DNA from: Andalucia godoyi And28
Lineage: Eukaryota > Protista > Jakobida
Assembly: GCA_009859145.1 (NCBI GenBank)
Contig: VRVR01000023.1
Span: 120,934-184,933, forward strand
Reading direction: 5' to 3'
DNA: 64,000 nucleotides
The stretch's first letter is position 1. Every line of letters begins with the position of its first letter. The translations under genes were made by a program, and so were the position numbers. Shown piece by piece: positions 60,701 to 64,000 of this stretch. Under the pieces are notes generated by a model. That model had not been told where the DNA came from and did no database searches. It was given only the letters and a program-made list of their open reading frames with translations.

Positions 60701-63262
60701 TCACTGCAGAACGAAGTATCCCCGAACATCTCTCTGATTGCCGTTGCCGGTATTTATCACGGCGACCGGTTGCTGTGTCCTTTGCTTCGCTCTTCGTTTG
60801 TTCCAGTCAGCAGCCCCCGCTGGAATGAGTCTCTGGATGCTGAGCAGCCGTATCGCAACTTTTACGGACAAAGCAAACATTCAAGTGCCGCGGTGAACTC
60901 CAAGTCATTGTATCTGTCGTTTGGCGACCACTTTTACACAAAGACGCTCACGGTCGCCAATCTACCTGCGGGGGCTAGGCTTTGTCTCACGATCTGGGCT
61001 GTGCAGAAGAAGAAGGAAGCAAACTTTCCAGATAAGTATTTGGATCCCAGCACAGGAATGTGGAGCACATCTTCGGATTCATATTCCGCGCCTCTTCCAA
61101 CTGGCACCAGTACATTTGCCACAGAAGGGGGCGTTCTTCCCTTTTATCTTCCCGTTCAGGGTCTCGAGAATTCTCCGTCTTGTCCGACGGACTTATCCGC
61201 GTCAATGCGCTACACGGTTGAAGAAATCCCAACAGATTCGTCCTGTGCGCCGCTAGGATGCGTTGCAATTCCTCTTGTGGATGAAAACGGCCATCTAATG
61301 CAAGGATCGGTTACGAAGCACCTGTGGGAGTCCCATATTGCGCATCCTATGCACACCACTGTGGAGTCGCCGGATAAGATGACGATTACAATTGACTTTG
61401 AGAAGTACTCCGACTCTCCTGTTGTCTTCCCGGAGGTCTATGCTCCGCAACCGAATGACCTTCCGTTGGAAACGTCGAACAATGACCCAAACATCGCGCA
61501 ACCGGAGTTTCGGTGCTGGACAGACCGGCCGGACAGGGAGGCTCGTTGGCAAAAGCTGCGAAAGCTCATTTTTGCGGAGCTGCCTGGCCAATCTCGGCCA
61601 TCCGACATTTCCGCCGCTGACAAGGTCAAACTGGATGCGCTCCTGAAGGCTCCACCTTTGAATACGATGACGATTGGTGAATGCGCGCTTGTTTACAAGT
61701 ATCGCCATTACCTACTGGACAAGCCGCACGCGCTTATCAAGTTTTTGATGTCGGTTCCTTGGAATGACCTTCGCGCAGCACGCGAAGCGTACGCTCTCTT
61801 GTGGGTGTGGTGTCCTCCTTCTCCGCTTGCTGCCTTGGAATTGCTGGACATGAGATTCACGGATCCGCATATTCGTGCGTACGCAATCGACTGTCTGAAC
61901 AGGCTATCAAACAGAGAGCTTGCGTCTGTGCTTCTTCAGCTCGTGCAAGTGTTGAAGTATGAAGCGCACAACGACTCTCCGTTGGCACGCTTCCTCGTAA
62001 AGCGCGGTGCCCAGTCTCCCGACGAAGTTGGGCACATTTTGTTCTGGCATCTCAAGGCAGAGCTGCATGTGCACACCATTGCCCCTCGTTTTGGGTTCTT
62101 GCTGGAAGAACTTCTGCGAAACGTTGGTAGATCTGCACGCATCGGCTGGAAGCGCCAGTGCGATATGGTGCGTAGTTTATGCGATGCTGCTGAACGCGTC
62201 AAAGGCATTCCCAAGAACGATCGAGCCGCGTTTTTGCAAGCTGATCTTGTTACCATTTGCGCGAAGCTGGGTTTGAAGTGTTCATTTTCAGATGAGTCGA
62301 AGAGAGCGCAGTATCCGGACATTGTGGATCCTTCTCCGGCTCCGACAGAATACTCCCTTCCCCTGGACCCTCGAATGCGTGTCTGTGGCTTGCGTATTGA
62401 TAAGTGCAAGTGTATGGACTCCAAGAAGGTCCCGCTGTGGCTGGTGTTTGACAATGCAGATCCTCTGGGAGATCCGATCTACATTATCTTCAAGTCCGGA
62501 GATGATTTGCGCCAGGATCTCCTTACTCTCCAAATGCTTCGTGTCATGGAAGGGTTGTGGATGGGAGAAGGTCTTGATCTCAAGATGAATCCGTATGGAT
62601 GCGTTGCAACCGGAGATATGGAGGGTATGATCGAAGTCGTTCTCAATTCGGACACTTCGGCGAACATTACGCGGACTATCACTGGCGGTGCAAAGGGAGC
62701 CTTTCGGAAGGATACGTTCGACATTTGGCTGCGCCAGCAAAATCCCGATTCGTTTGACACTGCTGTGGAAAACTTCAAAGTGTCGTGTGCTGCGTACTGC
62801 GTAGCGACGTACGTTTTAGGAATTGGGGATCGGCACAACGACAACATCATGTTGACAAAGACCGGGCAGCTGTTCCACATCGATTTCGGGCACTTCCTCG
62901 GTAACATCAAACGAAAGTTTGGAGTGAAACGAGAGCGTGCCCCGTTCGTCTTTACTCCCGACTTTGCATACGTGTTTGGCGGAGAAGGCGCCAAGAAGTA
63001 CAAGGAGTTTGAGGATATGTGTGTTCGAGTATACCAGGCATTGCGCAAGCATGCCGCAATGTTGTGCAACCTGTTTGTGTTGATGCTCAGCACGGGCATA
63101 CCTGAGCTCCAGCAAAAACAGGACATTGAGTACTTGCAGACCGCGTTGCAGCTGTCGATGACAGACGAGGAGGCTGCGAAGTTCTTTAAGAGTCTCATCC
63201 GAGAGTCTTTGAACTCGCGTGCCACGGTCCTCAACAACTGGGCCCATCTTATGGCGCATTAA
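57737..63262 (+). CDS. Class I-type phosphoinositide 3-kinase fused to N-terminal RA-like, REM and CDC25 RasGEF domains
   Basis: REM (RMNILRILKRWI), CDC25 (IEQLTIMDWE...YNMAFAIWAAIYHPSISRLSKTWE), RBD (EFMLKCIGWHEFL), C2, helical domain, and kinase (FKSGDDLRQD, GIGDRHNDN, HIDFGHFLG, KRERAPF, C-terminal NWAH). Confidence 0.92.
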   Translation: MPATSHRIYKLYVRIETSSHVEAFALTVDDAYSVLELVHLCQRFWSVNHAASEPWYFKLVRVIELVGKDRILLFAEDLNHPAITRVTDHHVLERVPLSREVSAAITDTSEDRSSKFRLSTERKADIFDSAELNTLVIRLCSLDLSAPSSWRACPVFASASTLYRDSSNSFRVVDAFVALHTLLASPPSAAATVLSKIMERFEMVSPPAEGLSFTESLFFNCVVQPETRMNILRILKRWILQSPDSFLSLENQVAGDRLREFLECIAPQETGDEAGEEDEQEDSQSAFRKREDLRENNDVGVFARSLLQLLNSLQKFHTPSIQSAAQSRVSGASSSWKPFSLDTAKVQTDAKAYVEKVIEQLTIMDWEFLSQVNSYEWTFYDRERLSDPSAKNICQCLRFWKNVQCWAVLSVLQEADYKSRASRLRLLLAVFRGLKLIRSYNMAFAIWAAIYHPSISRLSKTWESLRKDSSKELEEAEYFPVWYQRDVVAANAIEQPCEPRTTPMSIDDITPIYHAPLSLESAHQALEATPAFVGKGNVQSQVNVARLVDVHRWLYVFSSPESSPATPFGRLRFTKLVSTAPIDHILLSNVEKAGNTAEEDFLQTSAKLEPDGDGSHALYDRLYIHSLLSIFRKARISADSSSKSILKDEIKEILRFESHSQSLFQADFGNVDDENEPDPEDEKDPYLMMLKYAEVASYLPVEKYVAIAPLSGDMDLHRDVTVYLYFNPANVRDDPYATWKDVLQNKREARKFPNVDLRTPVRAFVERILYEMKLSEPAAEFMLKCIGWHEFLCVDTVSLADFDSVRTMLKKDKPVRFSLWTVPLVIFASLYPLLPRYIDPEKSAVDLDSVPRNRKLLVEQLLFSNKRLIPFVSPASAKKDMERESTRWNRAFDAARSLSAFPTAQQKLIPNKDFRFPASAVCFPYGAPGYGKLENLWKGAFERSGTDKNASIHTFSNIPIKFTIRTVSSIPLTSPCFAFLTGKKDGLQSLQNEVSPNISLIAVAGIYHGDRLLCPLLRSSFVPVSSPRWNESLDAEQPYRNFYGQSKHSSAAVNSKSLYLSFGDHFYTKTLTVANLPAGARLCLTIWAVQKKKEANFPDKYLDPSTGMWSTSSDSYSAPLPTGTSTFATEGGVLPFYLPVQGLENSPSCPTDLSASMRYTVEEIPTDSSCAPLGCVAIPLVDENGHLMQGSVTKHLWESHIAHPMHTTVESPDKMTITIDFEKYSDSPVVFPEVYAPQPNDLPLETSNNDPNIAQPEFRCWTDRPDREARWQKLRKLIFAELPGQSRPSDISAADKVKLDALLKAPPLNTMTIGECALVYKYRHYLLDKPHALIKFLMSVPWNDLRAAREAYALLWVWCPPSPLAALELLDMRFTDPHIRAYAIDCLNRLSNRELASVLLQLVQVLKYEAHNDSPLARFLVKRGAQSPDEVGHILFWHLKAELHVHTIAPRFGFLLEELLRNVGRSARIGWKRQCDMVRSLCDAAERVKGIPKNDRAAFLQADLVTICAKLGLKCSFSDESKRAQYPDIVDPSPAPTEYSLPLDPRMRVCGLRIDKCKCMDSKKVPLWLVFDNADPLGDPIYIIFKSGDDLRQDLLTLQMLRVMEGLWMGEGLDLKMNPYGCVATGDMEGMIEVVLNSDTSANITRTITGGAKGAFRKDTFDIWLRQQNPDSFDTAVENFKVSCAAYCVATYVLGIGDRHNDNIMLTKTGQLFHIDFGHFLGNIKRKFGVKRERAPFVFTPDFAYVFGGEGAKKYKEFEDMCVRVYQALRKHAAMLCNLFVLMLSTGIPELQQKQDIEYLQTALQLSMTDEEAAKFFKSLIRESLNSRATVLNNWAHLMAH

Positions 63263-63505
63263 ATAAACATGTACACCTTTCTTGTCCCTCGTCTTTATTT
63301 GCATCCTTTTCGGTACTCTCTTTCTTTCTTTTGCATGCTTTCACCACCAAAGATCTCCGAGAGGAAGAGAGGGGAGATTTCGTTCTGATTTGGTTCTAAC
63401 CGGATGGGGAAAACCTCAGTGTTAGGATTTCAAACATTCTGTCAAAGACGATGAAAACGAAATAAAACACAATTAAAATAGTTCAAAAAAAAAAACAGTT
63501 GCCAG

Positions 63506-63627
63506 CGCCTACACTGTACACTAACCACGGATATTCATCGCTGATCACCCATAATCAATGCTGCAACCCAACAACAACATGCATATCATGATTGGGAAGG
63601 AGGTGGGCCCCACCACGGCCCACGGCA
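63506..63627 (-). ncRNA. Candidate omega-RNA 3' scaffold (copy D)
   Basis: Same hairpins as copy E (63603-63623) and the conserved terminus. Confidence 0.45.
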
Positions 63628-64000
63628 TGCGAGACGTTCTTAACACAGATGTAGATGTCGGGCGCACCGTTCCAATCGCGGTCGATCGTGCATTTGCACG
63701 ATGGGCAACAAAAACACACCTTGTTTCCACACACCTTGCGATGGATTTCCTCGCAACAGCCGCACGTTTCAGACATGTACTCCTCCGTCACAAGTCACAA
63801 TCGACACCTGCCGCCCCCGCGAATTCGCGCGATTTATAGAGTAGCCGCTGCTGGAATTGATAATGGCACCGCTGCTAGCCATGGATGTTGCTGCATAGTC
63901 TCAGAAGCACTGCTGAGAAGCAGTGCGCGTTCGACGTTTGCGAGGCAGTACATGTGATGGGAGCCGGCGTGGATGCTGCGGATCGTCCCGGTGGCGGCCC
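63506..64000 (-). mobile_element. IS607-like Fanzor2 element remnant, subfamily 2, copy D (runs off the window)
   Basis: Minus strand reads (W)AATGTIRSIHAGSHHMYCLANVERAL (TnpA HTH-like), then CHYQFQQRLLYKSREFA / TEEYMSETCGCCEEIH..CPSCKCTIDRDWNGAPDIY. Terminus TAGTGTACAGTGTAGGCG. Confidence 0.9.

Overview
Gene-dense, intron-poor eukaryotic (protist-like) DNA with standard stop codons and about 35 protein-coding genes. Recognisable genes are RBX1, PSMB3, RPL17, an RNF5/185-like E3, EIF2D, PINX1, MED10, a purple acid phosphatase, COMT-like, Sec14-like, LSG1 and a class I PI3K; many others are uncharacterised. The standout feature is five internally deleted IS607-type eukaryotic elements in two subfamilies (A 21-577, B 28991-29722, C 47680-48092; E ~26547-27103, D 63506->64000). 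Each carries Fanzor2/TnpB RuvC-Zn-finger remnants, and most show degenerate TnpA-like remnants. All five end in the same ~17-nt terminus (AGTGTAYAATGTAGGCG consensus), preceded by hairpins consistent with an omega-RNA scaffold and followed by a different flank (the predicted guide). A CCG motif sits at the left junctions. None encodes an intact nuclease. Other notable items are a predicted catalytically dead inositol 5-phosphatase fused to tandem DEP domains, a RasGEF-PI3K fusion, three adjacent paralogues sharing an unrecognised FPVR...QGWQ domain, a KGG stress-motif protein with a mitochondrial-type presequence, and a decayed protein kinase. No database searches were run; all calls come from reading motifs in the sequence.
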